Notes under the pieces: model-generated
What the model was told of the DNA's origin: nothing
Databases searched by the model: none
What the model saw: the letters and a program-made list of their open reading frames with translations, nothing else
Translations under genes and position numbers: made by a program
From: Vermamoeba vermiformis
Lineage: Eukaryota
Direction: 5' to 3'
Length of the DNA stretch: 64,000 nt
NCBI GenBank assembly: GCA_045837725.1
Contig: JBEWZL010000013.1
Span: 186,001-250,000, forward strand
Part shown: positions 11,715 through 25,600 of the stretch, piece after piece
Position numbering within the stretch: position 1 is the first letter of the stretch
Layout: each line of letters starts with the position of its first letter

Positions 11715-13508
11715 ATGGCAACACGGGCTCGAAATAATAAGCGAAAGAAGCCAGAACCTTCTGAAGATCCCAGCGACGATCATGAGGAGGGTCGTGTTGA
11801 AAAGAAATCCAAAAAGGCTGTAAGTCCTCGACGGGATTGGCATCTCGGATTACGCTTTTGACACTCCCTGAGAACCGCTTTGAACTAATCTATGAAATTC
11901 AGCGTGTAGAAGCAAAGAAAGAAGACGAGCTCCCATCATATGCGGGCGCCGTTACAGACACTGGCGATCGCTATGGTGATTTGAATCAAGATCGCTACTT
12001 GGTGACCGAAATCAAAATTAAGAATAATTCTCCCGTGCTTGTAATGGGTGTATTCGATGGTATGGTGTTATATATAACTCGATATATATTTTAAGTATTT
12101 TCTTATATTTTAATTTTAATTCGCGAAGATATCTTAAGAAAATTACCGCTTAATTTAATAATATTATAAATATGTAGGACACGGCAAACATGGTGAAATA
12201 GCAGCTGAAATCGCGAAAAATTCTTGCGCAGAAATTTTGAAGGAAAAACTGCCATCCCTTCCTGCTAAACCCACGAAACGAACCTACACGAATTTAATGA
12301 ACGATCTTTTCGACGAAATGCACAAACGTATTATCGATGAATATCAGAACCTCAAAAAATTAGAATGGGACGGCAACGTGTACGAGCTCCGAGTTACTCC
12401 AGATGGCGTCAATTTTTATTATTGCAAAGAGTCAGACACGGTATTTTTGCAAGATTTTGGTACTACAGGTACGTCTATAGTATAACACGTCATTTGCGAG
12501 CTCGTTAATCTTGATTTCAATTGCACGATTGATCCGTTTTTAGTGGAATTTCGCGCTGTAATTTAAAAATAGCCGCACATTTGTACCGTTCACTCCACTC
12601 ACATTCATATCACACAGCGGTCGTAGCACTCGTGTTCCAAGAGACTAAGACCCTCGTGGTCGCGGATGTCGGTGACAGCAAAGCAGTGCTCGTGCGCCAC
12701 ATGAACAAACCACCGCGCAGCACACGATTGCAAGCCAAAGTGCTGCAGTCACAGACCACTGTTGACCATGCGACTCACGAGAAGAGCACGGGCAAAGACA
12801 GCAAGAAAAAGACCAGCAGTCACAAGTCTGGCGAAGAGAGCGAAGAGGAGCCGAGTCACAACAAACAGAAAGGCAGCAAGAGTGCAGCAGAGACCAAAGG
12901 CAAGTTGTCGGGCAGTGGCGATGACACGATCAACAGCAGCACGGAGACAGTGGCTGTAATGCCGTGGGAGGCCCTCGTGCTGACTGAGAGTCACAACGTG
13001 TCCGAAGACAACAACGAGGACATTGAACGCATCAAAAAGCAGCACGGCTCCAAGGTCGGATTCACACGCGGCTACATTCATCCTACGGACGGCAAGTACA
13101 GCTTCCACGCCCTCGCCATGACGCGGTCGCTGGGCCACAAGTTCTTGACGCGCATTGGTGTCTCGTTCAAGCCACACATTGAGACCGTGCAGCTCGATCC
13201 CAGCGAGGACGTGTACCTCGTGGGTGGATCAGACGGACTGTGGGACTGCATGGAAGACGATGAAGTGATTGAAATCATCAACAACCACGACACCAACTTG
13301 CAAACTGCTGCGTTGGAGCTCGTCAAGGGCGCTTTGAACGCGTGGAGATTGCACTTCCCTAACGCTAGTGAGGCCTCCGAGAAAGGTATTTTATTATTAT
13401 TATTGTCATTACTTTAAGTGAGATTAATATGAGGTTATTTTAGCGGACAATACTACAGCAGTGGCGATCAATATTCAAAAGTTTTTGACCGCCAATCAGC
13501 AAGAGTAA
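11715..13508 (+). CDS. PP2C/PPM-family protein phosphatase
   Basis: NQDRY, MGVFDG-HGKHG, GTT, VADVGDSKAV, LAMTRSLG, GSDGLWD, terminal DNTTAV; N-terminal NLS-like KRKK. Confidence 0.92.
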
Positions 13509-13733
13509 CAAGGAGTGGTGCATAGATAGCTGCTGCGATGATGTTTTAAACTTGTCTTGTATAATATATGAGAATATCTTTCGATAAAATCAAACAAAAA
13601 AGAATGAGGCGCTACTTGGAATCAATCAAGTCAACCGACTTATGAGACCGGAACTCTGCATTGAGACCTTTTGTTGAAACCCGCAATTTATTTTTTGATC
13701 GCGCATTAATATTACAGCCTATTTACATTGTTA

Positions 13734-16700
13734 TTATTGGTTGATGCCTAATCGTGAGAAATACGATGCTCTAATTTGTTGTTCTCGACGCGCGATCTGC
13801 GCCGAGTTGACGTGCACTTGCTGCACACTGGGGCCATTGATCGCTGAGTTCATGGCAATGTCACCATCGCCCAGCTGCTTCTTGAAGTACTGTCCGACTT
13901 GAGTCTTATGTACTTGCTCGAGTTTGTTGTTCTTGTCCAAGTCAATCACTTTGACCATGCCGCTCGAATAAAAACTCTCGTCTTCCAGCACTAACAAATA
14001 TCGCACGCCACTCTGAATAGCCTTGCGCTTTTGTTCCTCCAAACTATAAAAGTGTAGAGTTAGTCTCGGCTAGTATGTTAGATGTATATTAACATGACTC
14101 ACCTAGTGTCTCTATTGCGCCAATAATCCACGCGCAAATCGGCCTCCCACAGCTTGGAAGTGATGTTCAATCGCTCAGCAAACAAACTCTTTGGTGACGC
14201 GACAAAAATGTCAAATAGTCGCACATTCGTTGGCAGTTCCTGAGGGACTGCTCGTTGCGCCATTTTCTTCTTTTTGATCGCAATGATTTTATCCACTGCA
14301 AAACTGAGACCAACAGCATTAGTCTTCTTGTAGACTGGTGCTGGTGGCACAGTGACTGGCAGTTTGTCGCTCAGTGACATAGGCAGACCATTTTGAGGGC
14401 TAAATTGGTTGTTTGTCGAGGGCTCTTCGCTGTCACTTTCCGTGTGTGCTGTGCGATCACTTGACCGCTCACTTTTGTCATTTCTGTGCACGAACAATGA
14501 GCGACCAATCATAGATAATCAGTTTGTTAATATGAACATACCTGTCAAAGCCAGATCTGCGATGACGTCTGCTGCGATGAGGAGGTTCGTTCGAGTGCGT
14601 ATTTTGATCGACAAGTCTGTCCCAACGACCTCCAACAGCGACACAATTCAACTTGCGATGATCGCCCATCACCACCACGACTTGGAAAATAAGACCTGCT
14701 GAGAAGTCGCGCGTGAGTGACATTGATGCGTCAAACGAGATCAATGTCAAGGGCACTGTCATGTCGTCCATGGCTTGTAACAGCTTGGAGGTATGTGCCA
14801 CTGCATGACGCGCTTAAAACAAGGTGTCAGCATCATCTGCTTCATGAATTTAATTAATTACCTCTGTGGCAAGCCTCGGGATATCTATGCGTGTATGGTG
14901 ATAACAAACTCTCCACGGCACTCAAAGCCCTGATTGAAGGTGTCAGACCCACGTATGACAGTATACACACGAATGTCCTTACCGTTTAGGTTCGCCTTTG
15001 ATCTGCACAAATCGCTGCAAATCATCGACCACGGGCTCAGTGAGACTCAGTTCTGAGATCAGTTGACCGCGCACAGCTGACCATGGTGACTTGCCAAGCG
15101 TGCCAATGATGCTTGACACGCTACTTCGTGTATCAACATCAGGCTCAATACCACACAGATCGTAAAAAGCTTCGAGGAGTGCAGTGTGATTGATACGAAT
15201 GTAATAAGGGGGCATGAAAGACGAGAACTGGTCCATCACTTCCGTGGCTACTTTGATCACTTCAGCTTCGGCTAAAATGACTTCGAGCTTGTCTGCAAGA
15301 GAAGGAATTAGAACACGAACTAATGAACTCAAACGTACCATTGGAGATGTTGCTAATGGACGAGGGCAAGATCATTTGCGATGGCATTGATGCGCTCAAC
15401 AATGAGACGTGATGACTGGCGAGTTGGTCTGGAGGACTGAAATCAACACGTGATTCGGTCTTGGGAACATAATTGGCGAGCATTGAAGGGGCTTGATAAC
15501 TGAGGGGCTGATGGCTGCTCATGAGTGGATTGTCACGGGCAGCAGGTGGTTGAGAGACAATGGGAGCACTGACATTCAAAGAACCAGTGGAGGTAGAGGT
15601 CTTGAGTGACTGTGATAGATTGTTGGCCTTCATGAGATTGGAGGACGATGAACTCTTGGAAAAAGAACTCAGGTTTGTCTTAGGAATGGTGATGATATTC
15701 GAGGTGGTTGGAGACGAAGGGATGGCAATAGCACCGCTACTGCGCAAAGGAGGTGATTGCAGGTGTGGTTGTGATGATGACCGCACGAGCAAATTGTCAC
15801 TAGTGCGTGCTTGAGGTATCGGCGAGGGCAGTGTGGAGTTGGGGCTAGAATGTGTTTCACTGCTTGAAAAGTCTGCTGAGGAGAGAGGGCTGAGTGGTGC
15901 TAACAATGGCAATGCAGCTCGCTTTGGGGCACTGTTTGGAGCACTTGTGACGCGTGAGGGAGTCTTGATAGGGACGTTGTTTGGCTGCACATATGAAGGA
16001 GGGCTGATCGGTCCAATAGGAGGACTGGTCGTGTGTTTGTTGTCAATTGATCTACGTAGCGGTCGTTTGCTGCCTCCTGCTGGAGTACTAGTGCCGCTGT
16101 TGCTGGGCGGAGTGGACGTGGTCTTCTGCAACACAATATCGAAATCTGCAATGAAGAACTCTTTTGGATGCAGCTCGAAGTTGTTCTTGCGGTAGACAGG
16201 GCCGAGGTCAAATCGCTTGATGATCGTTGGCTGAGCTCGTTGTTGTTGCTGCACCATTGGTCCGGGTATAGGTGCTGCTTGGAGCTGTGCCAAGTATTTT
16301 GCAAAGGGCAGTCTTAAATCATACGGCAGAGACAAGTTTGTGCCGTTAGTGAATAACACATCAACGGCGTCATCAGAATCAGCTGCGTTGATGTGATGGA
16401 GATCGTAGTCGATCCACGGCATGCGAATTTTGATGCCTCCGTGGCGCTTGAACACTTTGCCAATCAACTCGTGTGTTTGTTCCGCATCCACGAGCTCCGA
16501 AAGACTCGGAACAATAGGAACCGGTGCTGCGTCAGTGCGCGATGAAGGTGAGCTCTTCATGGTGTTCATCTTGGACAAGATAATATCTACACATGTTTAG
16601 ACGCGCGAGACAAAGGACATAACGTACCATTGCGCTCTTTTGAGAATAGAGCGTTAATCAGTCTGGCAAAGTCAGTGGACTCGGGCGAAGACAGCGTTGT

Positions 16701-18696
16701 CATTAAATTCTCCACACCGTTGGAACCAAAGATTTCACGTGGCAACAAAGGACTGCTCAGCAATTCAAAAGCCGTGGGTCTAAACCATAATTAGACTCTG
16801 CCAACTTACAATGCTGAATACGTACCGTTGATCAGGCTTTCGCTTCAGTAGCCAGCGAATGACTGCACGTTGTGCGTCGTACTTCGGGTCTTCAAAATTC
16901 TTGGGGAATATGCCTGACTTGCGCAATTTATCTAAGACAACTGCACGCTCCATTTTTGTGTCGAATTTGTAGCACAACTAGGTATATTCACACAGTTAGA
17001 CAGCCGTACTATTTTGTTATGCTTCGCGTACCTCAAACAAAATGATGCCCAAGCTGTAAATGTCACACTTGGGTCCTCTGCAACCTTCAGGACTCGTGTA
17101 GAAGAATGTCCCGACGTTTTCAGAACTCTTGCTAAAGTCAGAGTCCTCTTCTTCCTCGAGGTCAAAAGATTTGTCAATGAAGTGACAGGTCTCCATCAAT
17201 GCATTGCTCGACGGTGCCTTGCGCATCACAGCATGCAGTGTAGTAGCGAGACCAAAGTCACCAATCTTCACGTTCTCGTTCTCATCCAAGAAGATATTTC
17301 GCGGTTTAAGCTGCGGTACAAAGTCAGCTAGAGCGTGCCTAATAAAAAATCTTCACAATACGTACATCACGATGAATAATGCCTTGCGAGTGAATGTAGA
17401 CCAAGCCTTCGATGATCTGACCGAAGATGTGCCATATTTTGGTTGGATTGTTGAAGAGCGTGCCTTCATCGATTACATGGCGCAATGTACGTTCACAGTA
17501 GTCCATCTGAATGTACAAATACTGAGGAGGCTCTGATTTAGCTTGTTTCTTGCGTATATGAAGCTATATAGTAGGGTTAGCTAGATTGTCGGTTGCACAG
17601 AAATTGAGGTTAAAAATCAACGAAATTCACGAGTTCTTATTTCGATGAAGATCTGGATGCATACCTGTTTTATATCCAAACCAGCCTGTCTGAGTTGCTT
17701 CTTGTAGCAGTTGGGACATAAGTGCAATGTGCGTATGCTGAAATGGAGCTTTTCCCACTCTGAATCCGAAACCTCCCAGTCGGAGTATTCGATCGCGCAC
17801 GTATCGCATTCCAAATGTTCTTCTTCCAGTTCAAAGGTCTCGTTTAAAGAAGAATCTTCTTGTTTTTTAGAGGAACTCTCGGAGACGGAGCTCTCGTCAG
17901 AGTCCGACACCTCTTCGTCGGACATTCCGAAAAAGGTCGGCTCGCGCTGGAATTTATCCAGCACCGTATCCGTCGATTTAAACTTGTTATTCGTCGCTAG
18001 TTGCTTGAGTCTAGGATTCGCTATCGGTTGTAATACTGGGGAATTGTTGCCGTCTTTTTCCTTTGTGATACCTTCGCGCAGCCAATCATCGAAATTTAGA
18101 TCTTCATCTTCGCTGCTATCGGACACGACGCCCGTTGATTCTACTTCTGTCCATGAATGATAATATCTTACAATGTGTTTATGATATAAACGCGAGAGGG
18201 TTTTGACTTCTGTAAGGATCTTCTTTTTGAGATTCCGAAACAATTTGATTTTCTTGATAGCATATATTCGGCCATCTAATATATTCTGTGCTTTCACTAC
18301 TTCTCCAAAAGCTCCTTTACCCAAAAATTCGAGCTCTTCGAAATCACTGCATTAAATAAAAAATCAGATCAATCGAAATGGAATTTCCTGGTTTATTGAC
18401 ACATGCAAACTCTTTGATTCCTATCTTGTTATTTACGATATCGAAGATTTGAATTAGGTAGAACACAGTTCATGAATAAAGAAACTGCAGAGTAAATTTC
18501 GTATGATGGATGTTACCGTTGCAAGAAAATAGAGTAATGCCTCTAAAGCATCGAGGCCCTAATTTATTTAATATGAATTAATTTACCTTTGGTACCGTGA
18601 AGACTTGGTGAGATTAACTAGATTGCCAGATGCTGATCGAGCAATTTTTCTTCGAGGTTCAGCAACAGATCCTTTTCTGACAGATCCTTTATCCAT
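13734..18696 (-). CDS. GCN2: GCN2/IfkA-like eIF2-alpha kinase: kinase plus HisRS-like and C-terminal domains, no RWD or pseudokinase
   Basis: [74 protein letters not shown]. HisRS-like LPYDLRLPFAKYLA, HPKEFFIADFDIV, IRINHTALL, AVGGRWD. Confidence 0.88.
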
Positions 18697-18977
18697 TATA
18701 ATGAATTTATTTATTTTAAATGCTGAGCATTAACTGTATTGTCGTTGTATTGTGATCTCTATTATCGATTTCCTCTGGATCCTGCGTAACTACATAACAA
18801 TCTACTAATATTTTGATATAAGTAATAAATAATATGGGGGTATCTTCCTTTAATTAAATGATTGAACTCGATGATATTTTATTGCCGTAATTTAAAACAA
18901 GGTTTGACCAGGTTTGACCGGCAACAAATCCCACTGACATCAATACACACGTCGTGAATAAATAACAAACGTTTATT

Positions 18978-20439
18978 TTAATAGTAGTCTCTGTGAATCT
19001 CAGGGATCTTTTGAGGCTTACGTCGCTTGCCGTCTTCGTACATGTTCTCGCGCCACTCCATTTCAGGCTCTAATCGATTCAGCACGTGCTCAGCGAGTTT
19101 CTTCTCTTCGACATTCATGTCTTGCCAGAACTGAGGGATAAAGAACGGGTTCGGGATTCGAACCTTCTTAATATTAGGGTTGAACTTGCTCATTTGGTCC
19201 TCGTGCTCGGCCTTCAGTTTCTCCACACGATCGTCTTTCTTCTCTTCGTCTTTGTTCTTCTTGGAGGCCTGGACACCTACTTCCTTGCCGCGCAGCTTGT
19301 CATAAGCTGCTTGAATCTTCAAGGCCAGATACATTGAGCCACCACCAGCAGGATCGTTTAAAGAGAACAGGAGTTTGTATTTCTGAAAGTCAAGTAGGTT
19401 AGCACGAGGTACATTACACTGATTATATTATTTACCTTCTCCAAGTCCTCCATGTCATAGATCTCTTTGCCGTCCTCTTCACCAGTAACTTTGGCTTCCA
19501 AAATCTTCTTGGCCTCATCGATTGACATCATGTTCTTCGGCTCAGCAGCACCACCACCACCACCTTCTTTGTCTTTCTGAGAAGTGCCCATTTTCATTTC
19601 TTCTTCTCCCTCTTCAGTTTCAGGTGTGCGAGCTGTACCAGTCTCCTTATCGTCCTCGTACTCCTCGTTTCGCAGCTCGAGATGATCATCGGGCAAGCCT
19701 GCCTCTAGTGGCTCCAACAAAAAGTCAAAATCGTAGTCAGGCATTGGCCGCAACTCTACTTTGTTTAAATGGTTATATAACTTCTTCAGACGTTTTGGAT
19801 TGTAAAAATTGAGCTCTTGTGTCAACAGATCGTCTCCTCTTTCTTCAATGACGTCTCCTCCCGGAATTGGCAGGGCGGATTTAAATGACATAGTTTGCAG
19901 TCTGTCGAATATTCCGAGGTGATGTTGACGCACGTGATATTTATACAAGGGTCTGCGTTCGAACTCTTCCTCATCTTCTACTTCGTACCTCAATCTGGAC
20001 CACATTGGCAATGAGTGTTTAAATAAAATTGGTCTTTCTTTTAGTGCATCGTGGTTGCGTAGTCGTAGCCAAACATTCTTTTTAGGAGCTTTGGATTTGG
20101 CGAAGGCAAGAAAAAGTGTCTCGCCAATTTTATTATCAGGTTCTTTTTATAAAAATAATTAGAACTTACAATAATTAATTTAAAAATATTTACTCTGTAT
20201 TTAGTCGAGAAAATAATAGATCGACTATTTTAAAATGTTATTTTACTTACGGACGGCAAATTCTCTCGGGAAATCCCTTAATAATGCTGCACCAGTCCTT
20301 GTTACAGCTGCGACTGCCCTAACTAGCCTCGCCACTGGAAAGGAAAGTTAGCAATCTGCATCTGTACAGATCCGCAGTAAAGATCGGTGAATAATCTGTT
20401 CTCGTAGGCCGCTCAAGAACTATGCTCATAATACTTACT
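18978..20439 (-). CDS. Expanded Pam16/Tim16-like J-like protein, about 400 aa
   Basis: N-terminus MARLVRAVAAVTRTGAALLRDFPREF; J-like domain MSIDEAKKILE...EDLEK-KYKLLFSLNDPAGGGSMYLALKIQAAYDKL (NDP, no HPD). Confidence 0.75.
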
Positions 20440-20619
20440 ATCTACAGTTATTTACAAGTTGTGCTCGTAGGGCAACCAAAAATAAAAATATGAACTCAGC
20501 CAGAAACGGTCAGGTCAAAATATTATCAGCAGCGCTGGTAAAGTTTGACACTAGCGACATTATCGAACATTGTTTATATGCTATAGAATATTAACATTGA
20601 GATGTAAGGATGCCCAAAT

Positions 20620-22455
20620 CTAGTCGTCGTCAAGAGCAGTTTCCATCTTCTCCAAAGCCACTGCGGCGACCTCTTCTTCTTCGCTAGTGGCAATCTTGAA
20701 ATAGGGGTTGTCTTCACCAGGTCTGAACCAATAACTACGAATAGTAACAATGAGTTTGATGACTAGATCCAAGGACTTCAAGGACTTACCCGGTGGTGAA
20801 ATAGAGGACCACGGCTGCAATTTCGTTCAAGAAAGGAGCGATCCAAGCGACAGTGTAGGGAATGACGGGCTCCAAGAGAGTGACAATAATACGGCTGAAG
20901 TAGATGTACGCGATGACCATCAAATAGAACGAGCGGAACAACTGCAACATCTTCAAGCTCTTTGCAGCTGTAGTCAAGACGTTAATAAGACACGTTACAA
21001 CTCCGTGTAAACTTTGTTGGGTCCGTACCTTTGCCGTCAGATTGGGCAGCTTGTCTCAAGTGTTTGATCGACCACATAATTGGGATGATGATAGCAGCAC
21101 AGCAGATCAAATCTACCATGGCAAAGATGTCCTTCTGTAACATGAAGGACTGTTAGCGCATAGTCTATAAATAACCAAGGTCGCACGTACCCAAGTGACC
21201 CATTCTTGTGAGCCAGGGCTGCTCTCACCGACAATAATCAAAGCAATGTTGGCAAAGAGTTGCAGAGGAATGACGAACATGAACACCTTCTTCTCACGGT
21301 CGTTCAAGAATGGCTTGAGGAATGCCCAGCCAGTACCGATCAAAAGAATGACGGTGAACAGCATCATACCACGTAGGCTGTAGACACGTTCATTAATCGC
21401 TGTCCATTAACATTAAAACAAGCTACTTACAATGAGAAGATGTAGTACACGACACCCCAACCTCCAGAAGAACCAGCAATCTTCATTTGTCTCACTTCCA
21501 ACTGCAATTTGTTAGGCAAGGGTTACGATAGCTATTGACAACTTACTGATTGCCACAACATGGTCAAAGTCTTGATGACAAGCAATGCAGTCATCAGCAA
21601 GTGAAGCTTGTTGACGGTAGGCCTGGACAACACAAGGTGTGAATAATCTTGAAGTGATAAGTAATTAAGTGGGCACGTACCAATTGCGCTTGATCACGCG
21701 ACCCCAAACACCGCACAACACGAGGTGAGTAGCAAACAACAAGAAGTAGATGGTGGGCAGTGCTGATTGACCAGTGGACAAGTAGTTTCTGGTGCCAGAC
21801 TCGACATTGAACATCTCGATTTTGAGCTGCAAAAATTAGATTAGATTCGCATTGCGAGAGCCACCGCACGTACCTTGAAGGACAGCTTCAAGTTGGAGGC
21901 GTCTTCTTTAGGGCAAGTAACAAAGTAGACGGTGTACAAGCCCTCGGTTGAGACGTCAACAGTACGCTCGTACTTGCCGCTGAAAATTGCACATTTAGTC
22001 ACCGTATCAATCAATAAATTTTGACCTTACTCTTTGAAATCGTCATTAACTAACAACTTGATTTCGGTCTCAGTATTGGCGCCTTTGATTAGATTTTGAC
22101 AATTGCTTTTGTCGAGGGAGTAGACCTCGGTGTTTGAAATGCGCATATGAAATCCGTACATGCCATAATTAAGCGCCTCAGCACCTGAAGCAGTTTTATC
22201 GCCAACATTAACCTATTTTTAACTTGATTAGACAAACGAAATTTGGAAAAATATTAATAATTATTACGGATTTATTTCAAACATTACCTTAATGTCTGAC
22301 AAATTAAGCACAATGCTTCCTTGTTTACTAAATCCAAAACTTTCAATTTTAAAAATGCCTCGGCTGTCTTGATCAAGTGTAAGCTCGTGGATCAAAGCTT
22401 CACTGCCTTTAACGACCATAAGAGCGACTAATAATAATCCCCAAACACTCTTCAT
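20620..22455 (-). CDS. GPR107/GPR108 (lung seven-transmembrane, GOST family) protein
   Basis: Signal peptide then IHELTLDQDSRGIFKIESFGF; LLIGTGWAFLKPFLNDREKKVFMFVIPLQLFANIA; LQLFRSFYLMVIAYIYFSRIIV; FRPGEDNPYF. Confidence 0.93.
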
Positions 22456-22669
22456 TGTAAATTGTGCTATTGTGGTGAATGACGCTCGATTACAATTTAC
22501 TTACGGGCACATCTAATTTTCTGACGTCGCACAAAAATTTCGCAACTCATACCGCGGAACATTCTTTCGAAATTCGACGGAAGTAAAGCCACCATTATTG
22601 TATTGCTATTATTGGGTCGTGAACTATTGTGCTCTGAGTTGAGTAAGATGTAAACGATCCAAGTTACAA

Positions 22670-25600
22670 CATGGACCAGAGATATTTGATTACAAAGCAA
22701 ATATGCTCCAAAATATTAACAACTAAAATCATCGAGGTAAGCGAACGTAGTTTTAATGGTTCTTTTAAAAGAATTAAGTTATTGATTATTACTGTCTTCG
22801 ATGGTGTGACCTAATATTGATGCAAACAATTTGCCAATTTTTAATACAATTTAATAACAAAAATAATCTGGTATAATAGGAACGCGATCGGATCCAACTC
22901 CACAAAGAAATTATTCGTTGCCCGTTATTAGCTCGATTGATATTGGATAAACTCGAGAACGCATTATCTCAAGACCAATCACAAATAGCGTGCATTAAAA
23001 ATATTGAAGTAGCTTTACTGGTAAGGGCACAGATCTCATATTTTTCTTAGCTAACTTCCGTCAGATCCTGCTCAATACTAGCACTTCATTCGAACATTAC
23101 GCGGAGTCCCTCACATACTTACTCGAGGCTATTGACAAAATAAGCACCAATCACAAACAATTACACCTAACATGCGCTACATTGCAACCGTCAATAGTCG
23201 CTCAGACACGCGCTGTTTTGGCGGTACTTTTGCTACTTGAACGATCAGATCTGTTCAAAGCGTCTTGGATCGATTTATTGATTATAGAATTACGCGCAAA
23301 GATCAATAATACTGACGAGGATCATCTCAATCTTATTGTACTCGACTGGCAATGGGCCTCAAAACAGATCTCTTGGAAATACACTTCAAACTCGACTAAA
23401 ACTTTATTCGAGCAAGTAACTCAACTAATCGATAAGAAACACCATTCTGTACCAAAGGCACTCAGAGAAACATCTTCTGAAGAGTTCAAAATATCTACGC
23501 AGCACATCCAAAATGCCATTGAAGAGTTTTGCAGTGCACCACGTGATCAATGGGTGTTCTTAGATATCAATGCGGATGTATTCTTCAGCGCACCATCAAC
23601 GTTCAAGCAATTTATTCCAGCGAAGAATGTATTCGAATCATACGTACCAATAGCCACACGGGCACAAGATAACGACATCAAGCACAAGCTGTTAGAAGTT
23701 ACCAAACCAACAGGCAATAGCAAATATATCGGGCTACAAGATTTGTTTTCAGCTATGTACCGGTTAGTCTTGGATAATCATTTGGACAAACGTAGATTCT
23801 GCACGCTTTTGGCTATTCTTGCTAAGCAGCTAGAATACTCGTCACAGTTGGAGTTTTTCAACGGAATGCTCGCACTGTGCTGCGATTATCGTGCACGTGA
23901 ACTGTCGAATGATACTGCTACTGAGTCTATTCAATCTATTGACCTCCCAATCAACTCCTCAACGGCATTTGCATTAACGTCGTGGACTTTAATTGTAAGC
24001 TATATTATCAACAATAACATCCCTAATCATGATATAGATGTACTGTCAACACCTCCACAAGAATGCACAATTGTCGGATGTACTTGAAATCGTTGCACAG
24101 CTCTATGAATTTGACAGTGCTGGAGCAGCGCATGCATCACCAATGCTAGACTGGTCCAATGCGTCAGTGATTGACTTGGTCCTTGTATCATTACTTCGCA
24201 ACACAACGATGATGGCACAGTTCGAGGCGCTGGTGGATCGAGGCAAAATTTGGATGAACAAGTTCAAAGCCATGAAAACTGTTCTCAAGGTAAGCCTCCT
24301 TAATTCACACATTTAACTTCTAACACTACGTAGGTCTCGCTGTTGAAGTTCTTGTTTCAATCAATTGTTCACGGAGTTACTGCGCGTGTCGCACTGCACC
24401 GCTGGTTCTTTGAATTTCAACGGCAGTTATTGCGTGCCTTCATGAAGGACGATAGTGTTATTTTGTCGCGTACTGTTGTATCAGCGATTGCAGCACTTCT
24501 TGGCGAGGTCACAGCGATGACTGATGGTGTCCTGTCTCCAATGGTAAGGACTACTCTTTGCGGCCATAACTGTAACTAACCCCAACTCTTAGTCCTATAA
24601 TGACGGCAAGCTCGAGCTATTGTTGAAGTTTCTTCTCATCTACGATGACACCTGTCAACAAAAAGAATCAGAACAAACACCTGTTGCGATGGTATGCTTA
24701 GATAACTTCAACGCTACGAATAATAACGATTGTACAGCTGCTGGAAAGTATGTTGAAAGACACGAACACTTTGTTGGTAAACCATGGCCTCAATTTATTA
24801 TCGCTGCTCATGTTCAAGAACTTCCTCTCCATTCAGTACGTATCCGAGGCACGCCAACTAGTCGTCGCGTATTAACTTTCTGTAGCAAAATCAAGCTTGA
24901 CTCTGCCAACGTGATCTTCACCGCCGTTGAGAGCTCACCAGATACCCTCCTTGAATGTTTGATACGAAGGTTACCACACGAGCCCAAGACAGTTATCATT
25001 GCATATGAGAAGGCCATTGGGCGAGCGTCGAAAACAGAAAAGCTGAAGACACTCGGTCTACTTAAGCTAGCGAGCGAGAAGATTAAAAGAGTTCTCAGCA
25101 ATAGCACACTTGATATCTCGATATTGACGTCAGGCAATGGAAATGTAGGTGTCACCACTGAAATCACACGTTTATTAACGTTGCCGCAGATTAACGCCTT
25201 CTCGTTCAATGTTGTTGAAATGTTTCGCACTTCCCCCAATGAGCTCAAGCGTGCCCTCTCTAATATTCACAATACCGATGACGGGCTAGCTGCTGCAACG
25301 CAACTGATGGATCACCTTATCAATACTGTACGCAGAGTACATCTGACACGTGAAGAAAGCAACATCGATATCACGCGCAAAGAATTAGCTCGACTCGTGA
25401 GCTCATTGGTGGCTTGGAAACTAGCAAAGTGGCAAGAACTGCAACTATCATTGCTGCCGTTGCCTGAAGAACTCTCAAATCACGTGCTTCAAGTACTGCA
25501 CACAAACACAACGCCACTACAACCTCACATCATTTGGGCTTCCATTGCAAACGGTAGCTCTAAGCAGTTTGTTCCAATCATCGCTTGACTGGCAAGACAG

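Noticed and set aside
18901-18919. GGTTTGACC direct repeat upstream of GCN2
   Set aside because: Only two 9-bp copies; possibly a promoter element but unsupported, and not a CRISPR or transposon end.
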